Assembly: GCA_964016885.1 (NCBI GenBank)
Contig: OZ024743.1
Span: forward strand, 24,242,001-24,306,000
From: Eledone cirrhosa
Lineage: Eukaryota
Length of the DNA: 64,000 nt
Direction: 5' to 3'
Positions 1 through 11,505 of this stretch are shown here, one piece after another. The position numbers and the translations under genes are program-made. The first letter of the stretch is position 1, and each line of letters begins with the position of its first letter. The notes beneath the pieces were generated by a model. It made no database searches. It was not told where the DNA came from and worked only from the letters and a program-made list of their open reading frames with translations.

Positions 1-171
1 CAAATTGTTATTTCTTCCAATAAAATATGCAAATATGTATGAAAACGTTGATTGAAAAATGATCTCATACAATTACATACTGTATACTTGAAAAAATCAT
101 CGTTAGTGTTTGTTAAAGCTAGCTTGCTTGGAATGTTGTTGATTATGCTTCGTAATGTTTATAGTGAGAAA

Positions 172-345
172 AATAATTGTTTCTACTTTTGGCACAAGGC
201 CAAAAATTATCCAGTACATTACTGGTACTTTATTTTATCGACCCCGTAGGGGTGAAAAGCAAAGTTAACCTCGACGGGATTTGAACTCAGACGTAACTAT
301 GCTAGAAAGCATGGCGTCCAACCCTCTACTGATATTGCCAATTCA
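172..345 (-). mobile_element. tRNA-derived SINE, family A copy
   Basis: Reverse complement of the recurring consensus TGGCAGTATCGG (A-box) ... GAGTTCAAATCC (B-box) ... CCTTTCATCCTTACGGGGTCGATAAAATAAAGTACCAG ... GGCCTTGTGCCAAAAGTAGAAACAATTATT. Confidence 0.85.
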
Positions 346-1499
346 AAGAATAATGTAAAATACTTTGCTGTGAGAATACGACCAATTGTGTCTTCAAAAC
401 TTTGGAAATTATTTCAAAATCCCGACCAATTTCATCGGGAACATTCGACGATAACACTTTGCTCGGAGGATTTATTGGTGGAGAGGCATATTTTCACTAA
501 ACAAAATCCAGTAAAACAAAATAACGATCAGAAATATGTATAAACATTTATTGCTGACTGAATTTTCATTCGGACTGCAGGGCCCAAAACACTGATAATA
601 GAAAGAGGTGACTGCCACAGAAAGGATCGCAATCATCGGTGGCGTAGGCATCTCATTGCAATGATCCACTTGAATTAATCATTGGAAGACTGTGTTATAT
701 AGACGCATGTACTCACGAATATTCAAACACATGCACTCACAAAGAAAAGTGATCACAAATATATAAAAACACATTGCCAACTAAATTCTCTTTTGGACTG
801 CTATGTCAACGATACTATTACCAACAATAACATCAACTCATTACATCAAAAAACATCGCAACGACCATCGATGAAATTAGTGCACCCAACTCCTCGAAAG
901 AGTTAACTGTTATTGTGACATGTACATTAATGATGCTTAAGAGTTTACCAGTACCCCTATCACCCGCCCACCTCCCTATTTCTTTGGGCGTTTTCTGTGA
1001 CACAAGGAAGATCAGAAAGTTTTAGAGTATGACAGTTTTAACTCCCTGTCTTGCATTGGCCTGATCCGACGTGTTTTAAAATCTCTCTCAACGTGGTGAT
1101 GTTGCAGTTACTTCTGGCCCACGTCTGAGCAGTAGCAGCCGACCACCGGAACTCAAACCCAAACAGTGAGATTTTACCATGGCAAACACCACTCTGTTCA
1201 AAAGCTTCCGTATATTAACAGCCGACGACCTCAGCATAAATTCCGACGATCTTCAGCATAAATTCTAAGCTAATTGAAGTCAATGTCCCCCACGGAACTA
1301 TTTAACTGTCTACACCGATACCACTTCTCGAAGCTTATCTCAGTTGTACTCCATCGGTCTACCCATTCGCTTACTTCTTATACGGGTATCCGTGTGTGCT
1401 CTTCGTCGTGGATAATGCTATTCCATCTTCCACCGTTGAGCTGTTAGGTCCTCTCCCCTTCGTGTTCCATGTAGACACATAGCATTACAGCACTATTCA

Positions 1500-1902
1500 A
1501 TGTGTGGTATTTGGAAGAGGCATGCTGTATGGCATAGGGTGACAGCGCTTTACGTTCTGAGTTCAAATCTCGACGAGGTTAGTTTTGCCTTTCATCCTTA
1601 CAGGGTCGATAAGATAAAATAAAGTAGCAGTAACGCACTGGTTCGATTTAGTCGACTTTCCCCTCCCCCAAAATTACTGGCCTGTTGTCTGTACTAGAAA
1701 TCATTATTAATATCGGTGAATTGGCAGTATCGGTAGAGGGTTGGACGCCATGCTTTCTAGCATAGTTACGTCCCTTTACAGTCTGAGTTCAAATCCCGCC
1801 GAGGTGAACTTTGTCTTTCATCCTTACTGGGTCGATAAAATAAAGTACCAGTAATGTACTGGTAAATTGCTGGCCTTGTGCCTAAAGTAGAAACAATTAT
1901 TA
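1500..1902 (+). mobile_element. two tandem SINE-A copies (older copy ~1500-1710, younger copy ~1716-1902)
   Basis: Both have a GAGTTCAAATC B-box, the TTTCATCCTTAC..GGTCGATAA core and an AGAAA(T)C(A)ATTATT tail. Confidence 0.8.
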
Positions 1903-2613
1903 ATATTACTGTTGTTGTTGTTGTTATTTTCCTTATTATCATCATTATTATCAATTTCGTTAGTTCTGTTATTGATCATGCTACTTGTCGTTATTCAGCT
2001 CATACGGTGGTTAGGTGTGATACTGTATATACATAGATAGATTGGTAAGTAAAAAAATGAGTAGATAGGTAGTTAGGTAGACTGGAAGGGAGGTAGAGGG
2101 TGGTTTTTTGTTACAAGATTATTCTCAATTTCTGCCTTAATGAACAAACAGACGTATCAAACAACACCCCAAAGTGATTCATATCTTAATAAATTACCAG
2201 CTTACGAAATGGTACTCATGCTAATATGACTGTAGGCTACGATAACTGCAAAAGTTTGAAGGCATTTGCTGTTTGGAAATGTATAGAGAAGACACAATGA
2301 GCTGGTCTGGTCTGAGAGCGGTCTGTGATGGAAATGTCGGGATGGTGGTGGTGGTGGTGGTGGTGGTGGTAGAACAGTTCGCCAAAATCACTGAAGCATC
2401 AAAAAAGTGAAAATTTGCTACGATTTAATCTCATGATTCTTACAAATAGCTTGGTGTTAACGAACCATCGAACGCAAGCTTCCTGTGTCTGTATACATGT
2501 GTAAATATGTGTATGTGTGATTGAGAGAGAGAGAGAGAGAGAGAGAGCGCACGTGCGCATTTCTATGTATGTGTACGACTGCATTTGTGTGCATATTACA
2601 CCCACACACACAT

Positions 2614-2668
<55 letters not shown>

Positions 2669-3221
2669 TATATAAACATTTGTGTGTGCGTTTATATGTG
2701 TGTACATATGTCCAGCGTGTCTCTGTGTGGACCTCGTATGTACAAACTTAATCTGTCGGAAGAGAGCGTATTGTAGCAGATAGAAGTAGTGTTCTGTTAA
2801 AATAAGATGTGTTTGTGATGGCGGTAGTGAGAAAGGAGCAACGTTATACATGGTCAGATTAGGTGTATGTGCGTGTATATACATATATATATTCATGTAT
2901 GTGTATGTGTGTGTGGAAGGGAGGGCGTATGTGCGCGTGTATCTTTATAATTAAGAATTAGCGTGAAATTAGTGAGGGTTGTGGTGAGAGCAGAAGTTCC
3001 AAAACGAGAAGCAAAAGAAAACAGATTAGTTGTATATATGGGGCGGGGGGTCAAGTGTGTGTATTTGCAACGTAATTAGCTAGTAAATATTTATCTATAA
3101 CACACCACATATTAGATTTAAGATACATTTAATGTAAATGTAATGATATTATTTTTCATTAGAAGTTTCTTTATGAAAAGAACGAAGTTTAAACACAGTC
3201 TCTATTCTCTCAGAGAGAGTT

Positions 3222-3263
3222 TCATTACGCGTTTCAGAGATTATTGTCTCTTCATCCGAATGC
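3222..3263 (-). ncRNA. degenerate minimal hammerhead ribozyme motif
   Basis: Minus strand: catt-CGGATGA-agaga(caataa)tctct-GAAACGCGTA-atg. The core has one substitution versus CUGANGA; stem III is palindromic (ACGCGT). Confidence 0.55.
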
Positions 3264-3626
3264 TAAATATATAGGCTAACCATTTGTTATGCTCAACATC
3301 CTGCTTGGCGTGTATAGTGATCTTCAAAACACCCCCTTGTGTGTAGAATTTTAGCTGCGGCTGAATCTCTGAAAGGAGTAAAGGTAATCTCTTATTTTCT
3401 GTGTCCAGAGGGAATAACAGTAAAAATATTCACACGTCATTAATTTGCCAACAATGCTTCTAATTCAAAAACTAGCTATATCAAGATTAAACTTATCTGA
3501 AATCTTTTAATATATGCACACACATTCATACACACCCACACCCACACACATTCATACAGACAGACACAATGAAACACCTGAGATGGGACGGATAGACAAA
3601 CACATAGTAGTATTGTGTTTCATTAT

Positions 3627-3800
3627 TTACTATATAAATGGCAATTTCTGTCTGTCTGTGTATCTGTGTATATGTGTATATGTGTGTAACCAGTTGGCGC
3701 CTACACCAGTGATCCGATCATGATGAAACGTTACACACATGTTAAGCTAATATTCAGAAACAGGACTAGCTAATTGGGTTTCAATAAAAGTCAATAATTG
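3627..3800 (+). mobile_element. Helitron-like non-autonomous element, 5' portion
   Basis: TACTATATAAATGGCAATT followed by (TCTG)n/(TG)n and a CCGATC..GATGAAAC motif, typical of 5' ends of non-autonomous Helitrons. No 3' end found. Confidence 0.4.
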
Positions 3801-4225
3801 AATACCTGGGGGACATCTTTACAATGGAGGACAAGAGAGAATACGTTTCAGATGAAAAGGAGATACTACTACTCTATGTTAAACCCTTCCTCCCACTACT
3901 CCCCTTCCTCCTCCCACTACTCAGTCCTCCAAAATGAGGCAACAACTTATTAGAAATATACAATGCGCGTTCTTGGTTGTTCTCCATTTTGTAGAGAAAG
4001 AGCGAGAGAGAGGGTATGAGAGAGGGAGAAAGAGAGAGAAGGCATGAGAAGAGAGAGAGAGAGAGGGTTGAGAAAGAAAGAAAGTGAAGGGGATTGGGGG
4101 GGGGGGGTGAGTAGCGTTCGATATCTTTAACTTTTATTTATTTATTCTTTACAATGTTTAACTCTCCTCCTTCCTCAACCATACGTCTCTTCCTGTCTTT
4201 CTCTTTCACACAAGACGTACTGTGA

Positions 4226-4288
<63 letters not shown>

Positions 4289-4727
4289 GTGTGTGTTCGG
4301 GGAAGTTACAATGTCCGCACATACACACACTCACAAACACGCATCTACCATCTATATACAGTGGTGTGCGTATACGCATATCATATGCACGTGTATGTAC
4401 GTTATTATTTACTTTTACTATTTTAATAACTTCTGTCATGTCCCTTTAACAACTTTATTTACATTATTCTTAAACTCCGGAGCTGAGATTCATTCGGTTA
4501 TTCTAAATAGAATATTAGTCTAACAAAAACGCATTTATACCATAAATGCGTTTTTGTCTTTGCAAGAAAGTGTTCTCCACGCTCCACATAACGGCGTAAT
4601 TATCCTCGCTTTTTTCCATTCATAACCAGGGAACGTCTTCACGAACCAAAGTATCGTCTTCCTGTTTTCCTCCGGTTGTAACGTTTTTCGAAATATTTAC
4701 TTCTGCGTCAATAGATTGATTTTTTTT

Positions 4728-4778
4728 AGTTTCAGAAGATCCCGTTAGGGGTGAAAGCAGCGAATCTTTGCTTAAACT
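4728..4778 (+). ncRNA. degenerate type-I hammerhead ribozyme motif
   Basis: agttt-CAGAAGA-t-ccc(gtta)ggg-gt-GAAAGCA(gcgaatctt)TGCTT-aaact. Stems I, II and III all pair; one core substitution (U to A). Confidence 0.6.
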
Positions 4779-4920
4779 TTAATGTGCTCTTATAATATAT
4801 ATATTCTAATTCAGTTCCTTAGAGGATTAACACACACTCTTGATCTGAGCATATCAATGAATTAACGAGGTAAAATCTATTCCAACATTATGTTTTCCTC
4901 TTTTTTTCTGTTCAAGTTCA

Positions 4921-4982
4921 TACTGCCTGATGACAGTCATAGCTGTTGAATAATGGCTACCACTGAAACATATATAGCAGTA
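4921..4982 (+). ncRNA. type-I hammerhead ribozyme motif
   Basis: tactgc-CTGATGA-cagt...act-GAAACATATATA-gcagta. Perfect 6-bp stem I and intact core; one mismatch in the palindromic stem III. Confidence 0.7.
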
Positions 4983-5127
4983 AATATGAATGAACGAAGC
5001 TAATTGCACCCTGTTGACTTACACTTCTTGTGTTTACATTACTCCGGAGTAAACAGACGAACCTGCGCACTTTGTTGAGTGCTCTAACCTGCATACTTGG
5101 GGGTCGGTAAACAAACAACACATACTC

Positions 5128-5202
<75 letters not shown>

Positions 5203-5283
5203 GAGAGAGAGAAAGAGGGAGACAGAAAGAGGTAGAACACTGGAAGGTAATATCCGTAGTGGTAGAGCACTCAGCCCATGTTA

Positions 5284-5321
5284 CGAGCTGAAGATCCGCT
5301 AAGGTGAAACAATTGTTCTCG
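5284..5321 (+). ncRNA. minimal type-I hammerhead ribozyme motif
   Basis: cgag-CTGAAGA-tcc(gctaa)ggt-GAAACAATTGTT-ctcg. Intact core, 4-bp stem I, palindromic stem III ACAATTGT. Confidence 0.75.
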
Positions 5322-5342
5322 GTATGGTGAACTAACTGTTAG

Positions 5343-5939
5343 ATATACGATATTAAACAAATGGAAACTATATTTATAAAACCATATTTATTTCATTATA
5401 CATATTTCAGGGATACCATATTAAAAATATGGCATGCCTTCGTCAGATAAAATACAATATATAAACAGTTTTATAAATAATTTTGACGTACCATATTATA
5501 AGCGACCATTATATTAGGAAGCTGTCTGGATAGTGATTTGATTTTAATTATTTAGTTATAGTGTTAAGCACAGTTAGAAAAAAGACGCCTCCTCCTATCT
5601 ATTTATATATATTTTTTTCTCTCTCTCTCCTTTTTTTTCTCTCCCCTCTCTCTCTCTCTCTGTTTTTTCTTTACCTCTGTTTCTTCTTTATCTCCGTCTT
5701 TTTTCTAACTGTGCTTAACACTATAACTAAATAATTAAAATCAAATCACTATCCAGACAGCTTCCTAATATAATGGTCGCTTATAATATGGTACGTCAAA
5801 ATTATTTATAAAACTGTTTATATATTGTATTTTATCTGACGAAGGCATGCCATATTTTTAATATGGTATCTCTGAAATAAGTATAATGAAATAAATATGG
5901 TTTTATAAATATAGTTTCCATTTGTTTAATATCGTATAT
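5343..5939. repeat. 245-bp near-perfect inverted repeat (arms 5343-5587 and 5695-5939) with a hammerhead in each arm
   Basis: The arms are reverse complements with about two mismatches around a 107-nt CT-rich spacer. Hammerhead attttat-CTGACGA...GAAATA(ag/tg)TATA-atgaaat at 5829-5892 (+) and 5390-5453 (-). Confidence 0.9.
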
Positions 5940-5949
5940 ATATATATAT

Positions 5950-6189
5950 ATTCATAACTTCTGGAGTTCGCAACCGATTTTCACTAAACTTGGCACATGC
6001 GCTACGTATGTTCTACAGATGAAGTTGAACACTCACAATTGGCACATATTGAGTAGGGGACCCCTGGCGGGCAGGAACCCATTTTTGGAAAAAGACGATG
6101 ATTTTGTACAAGTATAGTTTTCGAAGAAGCACTGAAGTTTTGACATGACTGCTATTTAATACCCGAGCAACGCCGGGTACCTCTGCTAG
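5950..6189 (+). mobile_element. non-autonomous Helitron, 3' part
   Basis: Ends in hairpin ACCCGAGCAACGCCGGGT followed by ACCTCTGCTAG (canonical hairpin + CTRR). The last ~170 bp recur at 6700-6843. Confidence 0.7.
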
Positions 6190-6843
6190 AATACATATAA
6201 AACTAAGGATTGTGTGTGTGGGTGTGTATGTCCGTACTCAAATAACTTCTACATTTAACAAACATGCGTTTTATTCCCAGAGGTGTTGTGGACTCATAGC
6301 ATTTTCAAGTTTTTACCTAATGCGGCCCCTAGGTAGACGAAGGCTATCCAAGGATCACTGTGACAATCTCGTCAGATGTGCGAAATTTAAATAATTGTTG
6401 GTTAACATTTTACTCATCTTAGTGTGTTACGTCCTATTTCCTTAGATAATGCCTCGAAGGAAGAGATCCGCCATTGGTCGAAAAACGGTGAAAGCTGAGA
6501 GAGGGAAAAGAAAAGCAAATGAATCGCCAATGAAGGCTGCAATTAGACGATCGTAAGATGCTGAACGTAAATACACTGCAAGAGCATTAGAAAACTACGA
6601 ACAGCGTTGTATTTAAGGCATAGGTTACTTATGTACTTCGGATGTTGATGGACACTTTCATTTTTCCAGATAATGATCATAGCTGAACTTAACATATGGG
6701 GTACGTTCTACAGAAGACTTTGAACACCGAGAATTGGTACATATTGAGTAGGGGACCCCTGGGGGCAGGAATCCCCTTTTGGAAAAAGCCGATGATTTTG
6801 TACAAGTATCTAATACCCGAGCAACGCCGGGTACCTCTGCTAG
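6190..6843 (+). mobile_element. internally deleted Helitron with a remnant of the RepHel N-terminus
   Basis: Helitron-like 5' end (ATATAAAACTAAG..TGTGTG). 6449-6616 translates MPRRKRSAIGRKTVKA..KANESP..RRS*DAERKYTARALENYEQR. Same 3' hairpin + CTAG|T. Confidence 0.6.
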
Positions 6844-7204
6844 TTTGTTATATATCTCCTCTCTTTAAGTTTAATATTGCCCTTTTTGCAAAATGAGGTA
6901 GCAATCATCATCATCATCATCATCATCATCATTATTATCGTCCTCATCATCATCAGTGTAAGCGCCAACCACGACAACAGCAACACGGACGAGTCTCAGG
7001 AAAATACCTGATGAAATACAGTTTGTAACATATGTAAATACAAAATGACAACAACTAAAGCAACTAGAAATGTCTACTAGTACTCAGTACTACAGCAGAT
7101 TTTAGTTCTTGTTTTTTTTTCTGTTTGATGACAGCCAATTTTAATCATACACTACTTCAGATTTGTGTATTCTTCCCTTTGTTTTCCTTTTCTTGCTATT
7201 TAAT

Positions 7205-7575
7205 ACCAATAATGATTTGTTTCTAATTCATGACAGGGCCAGTAATTATAGAACTGGGAACAACAAATCTAACGTTCCTAGTATTTGATTGTTACATAAT
7301 TTTATGGACGCTGCAAGGATAAAGACACCTGTTGGTGTTCGTAGGATATGAACTCGGTGGGATAAGAATATAAAGAACCGCAACTAAATGTAGCAATACG
7401 GCACTGCATGTCCTTCACACTTTAATAAGGGTTTCTAATATAGGCATAAGGCCAGCAATGTTGGGGGCGGGAGAGGAAAGTAAATTAAATCAACCCCAGT
7501 CTGTTGGTACTTCATTTTATCGACATCGTAAGGACGAAAGACAACGCTCGCCTCGGTGAGATTTGAACCCAGAAT
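7205..7575 (-). mobile_element. two degenerate SINE-A copies
   Basis: Diverged matches to the SINE tail (GGCATAAGGCCAGCAA) and core (GGTACTTCATTTTATCGAC..GATTTGAAC). Confidence 0.6.
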
Positions 7576-7613
7576 GTAATAATAATATAAAAAAAGAATG
7601 AATTAAAGATATG

Positions 7614-9093
7614 TTTCTTTTATTTGCCACTAGGGCATCAAAAGTGGGACAAGTACAAAGGGGGGAGTTTACACAAAAAGGCGTCCTCAATAAGGAGGAG
7701 GCAATAACAAAATATAAAAATAAAATAAGATATAACAAAAAATAAAATTTTTAACAAAATCCTCAATAGAGAGGAGGCGCCTTGGGGGGTCGCACACACC
7801 CCCGAAAAAAGTGTGCAACCCTTCTCCTCAGGAGCACAGAGAAGGGGTGCTCCCTTGGTCTTTCATCTTCCTCACCTATAGTCTGATGTAGAGTGAAGGC
7901 CCATTCACACGGGCCATTCTCGCCACTTTCACCCATCTTTCATAGAAACGGCTGGGGTGCAGCACCTCTCTCTCCATCCTGATCCTTCTTCCGAAATGAT
8001 ATCGGAAGAAACGGACCAGTTGTTGGCCAGAGAGAAAGGTGCCCGACCTCAGTCCTTTCAGACGCGTCCACCATACAACCTCTTTCGCCATGGCTATTAC
8101 GCACAGAAACACCGCCTCTGCTTCATCTTTGAAGGGGGGAGGCGGCTTGATCATTACAATAGACTCGGTGGTCAACCGGATCGGTCCCACCCTTGACAGC
8201 AGTTGTTCGACATAGCCCCACAGATCGGCTACGCCCGAGCAGTGTACCAATGCGTGTGCAACGGTTTCCTCGTCGCACACGCATCTGGGACAGATCTTTT
8301 TGGCGGGGTCCCTACCCGGGCGCCCGTGTCTGTAGAGCCTTTCTCAAACGGGTAAAGCCCCCCGGTAGCACTGCCAGGCCAGGGACTTCTGGAAGTTGTC
8401 CATAGGTCCCGGGCTGAATGTCCTACCGAACAGGCTGGCCAGTTCGTCCTCCTCCATGTCTAGGGCTTCTCCGAGGGCGTCGTCACACCTGCTGCGTACC
8501 AGCCCTCTATAGAATGTTGCGGTGGAGTCTCCACTGATAACCGGATCCGCCTGCCAGAGGGCGGTGAGCGCCTGGGCACACTCAGTGTGCCAGGCGCCCA
8601 GTTTTCTCGGTCTTTGCTTGACCCAGGATTGCAGCTCGGTGAGTGAGACGAGTCTGGGAAAGGTTCGTCTCACAAACGAGGCCCACACCGGTTGTCCGGT
8701 GAGGAATACGTAGAGGTGCCGTAGCCTTAATGCGTGTTTACGCATCATTAGCCACGGAAACCCCAGCCCTCCTTTCGAAGGGTGTTGACAGCAGATGGAT
8801 CTCCTCACCATAGGAGCCCGCCTCTTCCAAAGGAATTGGAAGAGCGCACGCTCCATCTTGGTGAGGGTTTCCCTTGGGCAGGGCACTACGGTCAGGCGGT
8901 AGTAGATGACGGACGCTATGTAGGTGTTCGCCACCTCCGCCCGACCTTTCAGGGATAGTTTGCAACTGGCCCACTTCTGGGTCAGTGCAAACACCCTGTT
9001 CGTAACCTCCGCCCAGTTTTTCTCCACCTGGAGGTCCGGTCCGAACCAGACCCCGAGCAACTTCACCGGGCCCTCCGTCCAGCGTCCGACGAC
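7614..9093 (-). mobile_element. 5'-truncated Tx1/L1-type LINE (ORF2 C-terminal part + 3' UTR)
   Basis: ORFs 8344-9066 and 7876-8280 share a frame, separated by one TGA, and are homologous to the ORF2 at 26.6-30.1 kb (KLLGVWFGPDLQ, DNFQKSLAWQCYRGALPV, C..C..ETVAHALVHC). Perfect 17-bp TSD AATGAATTAAAGATATG at 7597-7613 and 9094-9110. Confidence 0.93.
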
Positions 9094-9114
9094 AATGAAT
9101 TAAAGATATGCATC

Positions 9115-9391
9115 TAGAAAGTTTCCGTCCGAGACACAAGCCTGGTCGAGACCAGTAGCTGGCAGGCACACTAGTTTCCCCTATTCACGCCACAGATGTT
9201 GTCAAAGAGAAAGACAATGGCCGATACAGCTTGACATCAGTGACCTCGCAACACATTTCTACAGCTGAGTGAATTGGAAGAACATGAAATAAAGTGTCTT
9301 GCTCAAGGACACAACGCATCCACAGGTCCAAGAATCGAACTCATAACCTCTCAATTGTAAACCCAACGCTCTAACCACTAAGCCATGCGCC

Positions 9392-9392
<1 letters not shown>
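9115..9392 (-). mobile_element. SINE family B (tRNA head + CORE/V-like GTGTCCTTGAGCAAGACACTT motif)
   Basis: Minus strand GGCGCATGGCTTAGTGGTTAGAGCGTTGGG..GAGTTCGATTC..GTGTCCTTGAGCAAGACACTTTATTTC. Second copy at 52763-52890. Confidence 0.75.
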
Positions 9393-9393
<1 letters not shown>

Positions 9394-9473
<80 letters not shown>

Positions 9474-9762
9474 GGTGTGCATGTGTGTGTATGCATTCAT
9501 TATGACACATGCACGTGCAGGTTTATATATACAAATATGTATCTTTATGCGCGCATACATAATACATGCATACATACATACATAATACATACATACATAC
9601 ATAATACATACATACATAATAATACATAATACATACATAATACATACATAATACATACATACATACGTACATACATACATACGTACATATATACATACAT
9701 ACATATATACATACATACATACATACATACATACATACATACATACATACATACATACATAC
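9394..9762. repeat. compound microsatellite (TA)n-(TG)n-(TACA)n
   Basis: Read directly. Confidence 0.95.
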
Positions 9763-10359
9763 AAAGAGTTATGTAAATATATATACCCAGGGATATGTAA
9801 ACATATATACAAATACAAGAAAAAAACTTCTGACTAATAAACAATAAAATGCGAACAGCTTGTATGTTTTTCTCACGGAAGTACAGTTAGATGAAAACAG
9901 AGAGCCCTCGAAAGTTTATTAGCACAATAGGGACCTTGTAGTAACGATTGGGGCCAGTTGCATCCACGCACTTCATTCACGGGTCATTACATTTTTCTTC
10001 ACGGTTCGAATAATAATGAAAAACGTTTGCTCTCTGCACTGTATTATGTATATATTTGCACGCTCTGTCTGCTGTATGTCTGATGTCTGTATGTTTGTAT
10101 GTATGTATTAATGGATTGGTCTATATATGTGAATACTGAGATATATGTGTGAGCATATATAGATGTTAATTATGCGCGTTGTAAAGAGAAACGTGTGTGT
10201 GTGAGTGTGTTTATATATGTATATATATATATGAATAGATGAATGCTTAAATATGTGTATGTATTTATGTATGTATGTATATATATATATGTATGTATTT
10301 ATGTATATATATATATATGTATATGTATGTATTTATGTATATATATATATAGGTATATG

Positions 10360-10423
<64 letters not shown>

Positions 10424-10432
10424 TATATGTAT

Positions 10433-10505
<73 letters not shown>

Positions 10506-10760
10506 ATATCATACTCTGCTCTGTAAGAGCATAGAGTGCTCAACCGGCATACCGCCTATGGAAACATATTAGCTACCATCAGACACATATATATTTATAT
10601 ATATATATATATACAATGCGTGGTGTATGTGTGTATAGATAGATGGATACATATATATATATATATATATACATATATAGTAACATATATATATACGTCT
10701 GTATCCTAAACGGACGGTAGTCCGTTTAGTAATATTGTTGTGGTCGTGTTTTCGTTGGCA

Positions 10761-11247
10761 ATACATATATGTATGTACGTATACATACTTATATTTAAGT
10801 ATCAGCCGCACTAAGAGTGAGAAATGAAATTTCATTTTTTCCATTTTTCGTTTTCGGTACGCCCGGCCGACTAACTCAATCGATATGCAAAATAGGCTGC
10901 TCAGCTGTTAATGAGCATAAGGAAAGTATATACTTACAAACGTTCAATCGACTGACAGGAAGGTATACGATGGTGATGACAGCTAATAAGCTAGAAACTT
11001 GTTCATTGTTCCTTAGTCGGTGTTGAACATGGTTGCTGAACACTGTACGGCTACGAATTCGGGCTGTTTGTTTACAAACAAACCGAGCATTATAATAAAT
11101 GTTGGTTAAACCCATACGTATATGTGTGCATGTATGTATATACATACTACTGTACGTCTGTATACATATATGTATGTACGTATACATACGTATATTTAAG
11201 TATCAGCCGTACTAAGAGTGAGAAATGAAATTTCATTTTTTCCATTT
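10761..11247 (+). repeat. ~85-bp direct repeat (10761-10845 and 11162-11247) enclosing a hammerhead-like motif at 10967-11009
   Basis: ATACATATATGTATGTACGTATACATAC..TATTTAAGTATCAGCCG.ACTAAGAGTGAGAAATGAAATTTCATTTTTTCCATTT occurs twice. Between the copies: acgatg-GTGATGA-c-agct(aata)agct-a-GAAACTTGTT-cattgt. Confidence 0.8.
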
Positions 11248-11319
11248 ATACATATATATTAATATATATATATATATATATATATATAAAGCGGTATTTT
11301 TATATCCACGTGTGTGTCA

Positions 11320-11382
<63 letters not shown>

Positions 11383-11439
11383 GGAAAAATTTGAACAGGA
11401 ACAAAACAGAGAATCAGTACAACGAATGTTTATTAATTT

Positions 11440-11505
11440 TACGCTCTGGAGAGTGGGGTGGTGGTGGTGAACGACGTTTCGGGCATAAGCCCTTCCTCAA
11501 AATAA
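11440..11505 (-). ncRNA. hammerhead ribozyme motif at the PLE 3' end
   Basis: Minus strand attt-TTGAGGA-a-gggc(ttat)gccc-GAAACG...CGTA-aaat. First core base is T rather than C; position typical of PLE pseudo-LTR hammerheads. Confidence 0.6.

Noticed and set aside
900-1480. GC-richer stretch with a ~21-bp tandem duplication (GACGA.CTCAGCATAAATTC)
   Set aside because: Probably an old TE remnant, but I recognised no protein motif in any frame.
6295-6385. Possible minus-strand hammerhead (CTGACGA...GAAA)
   Set aside because: Stems I and II do not pair convincingly.
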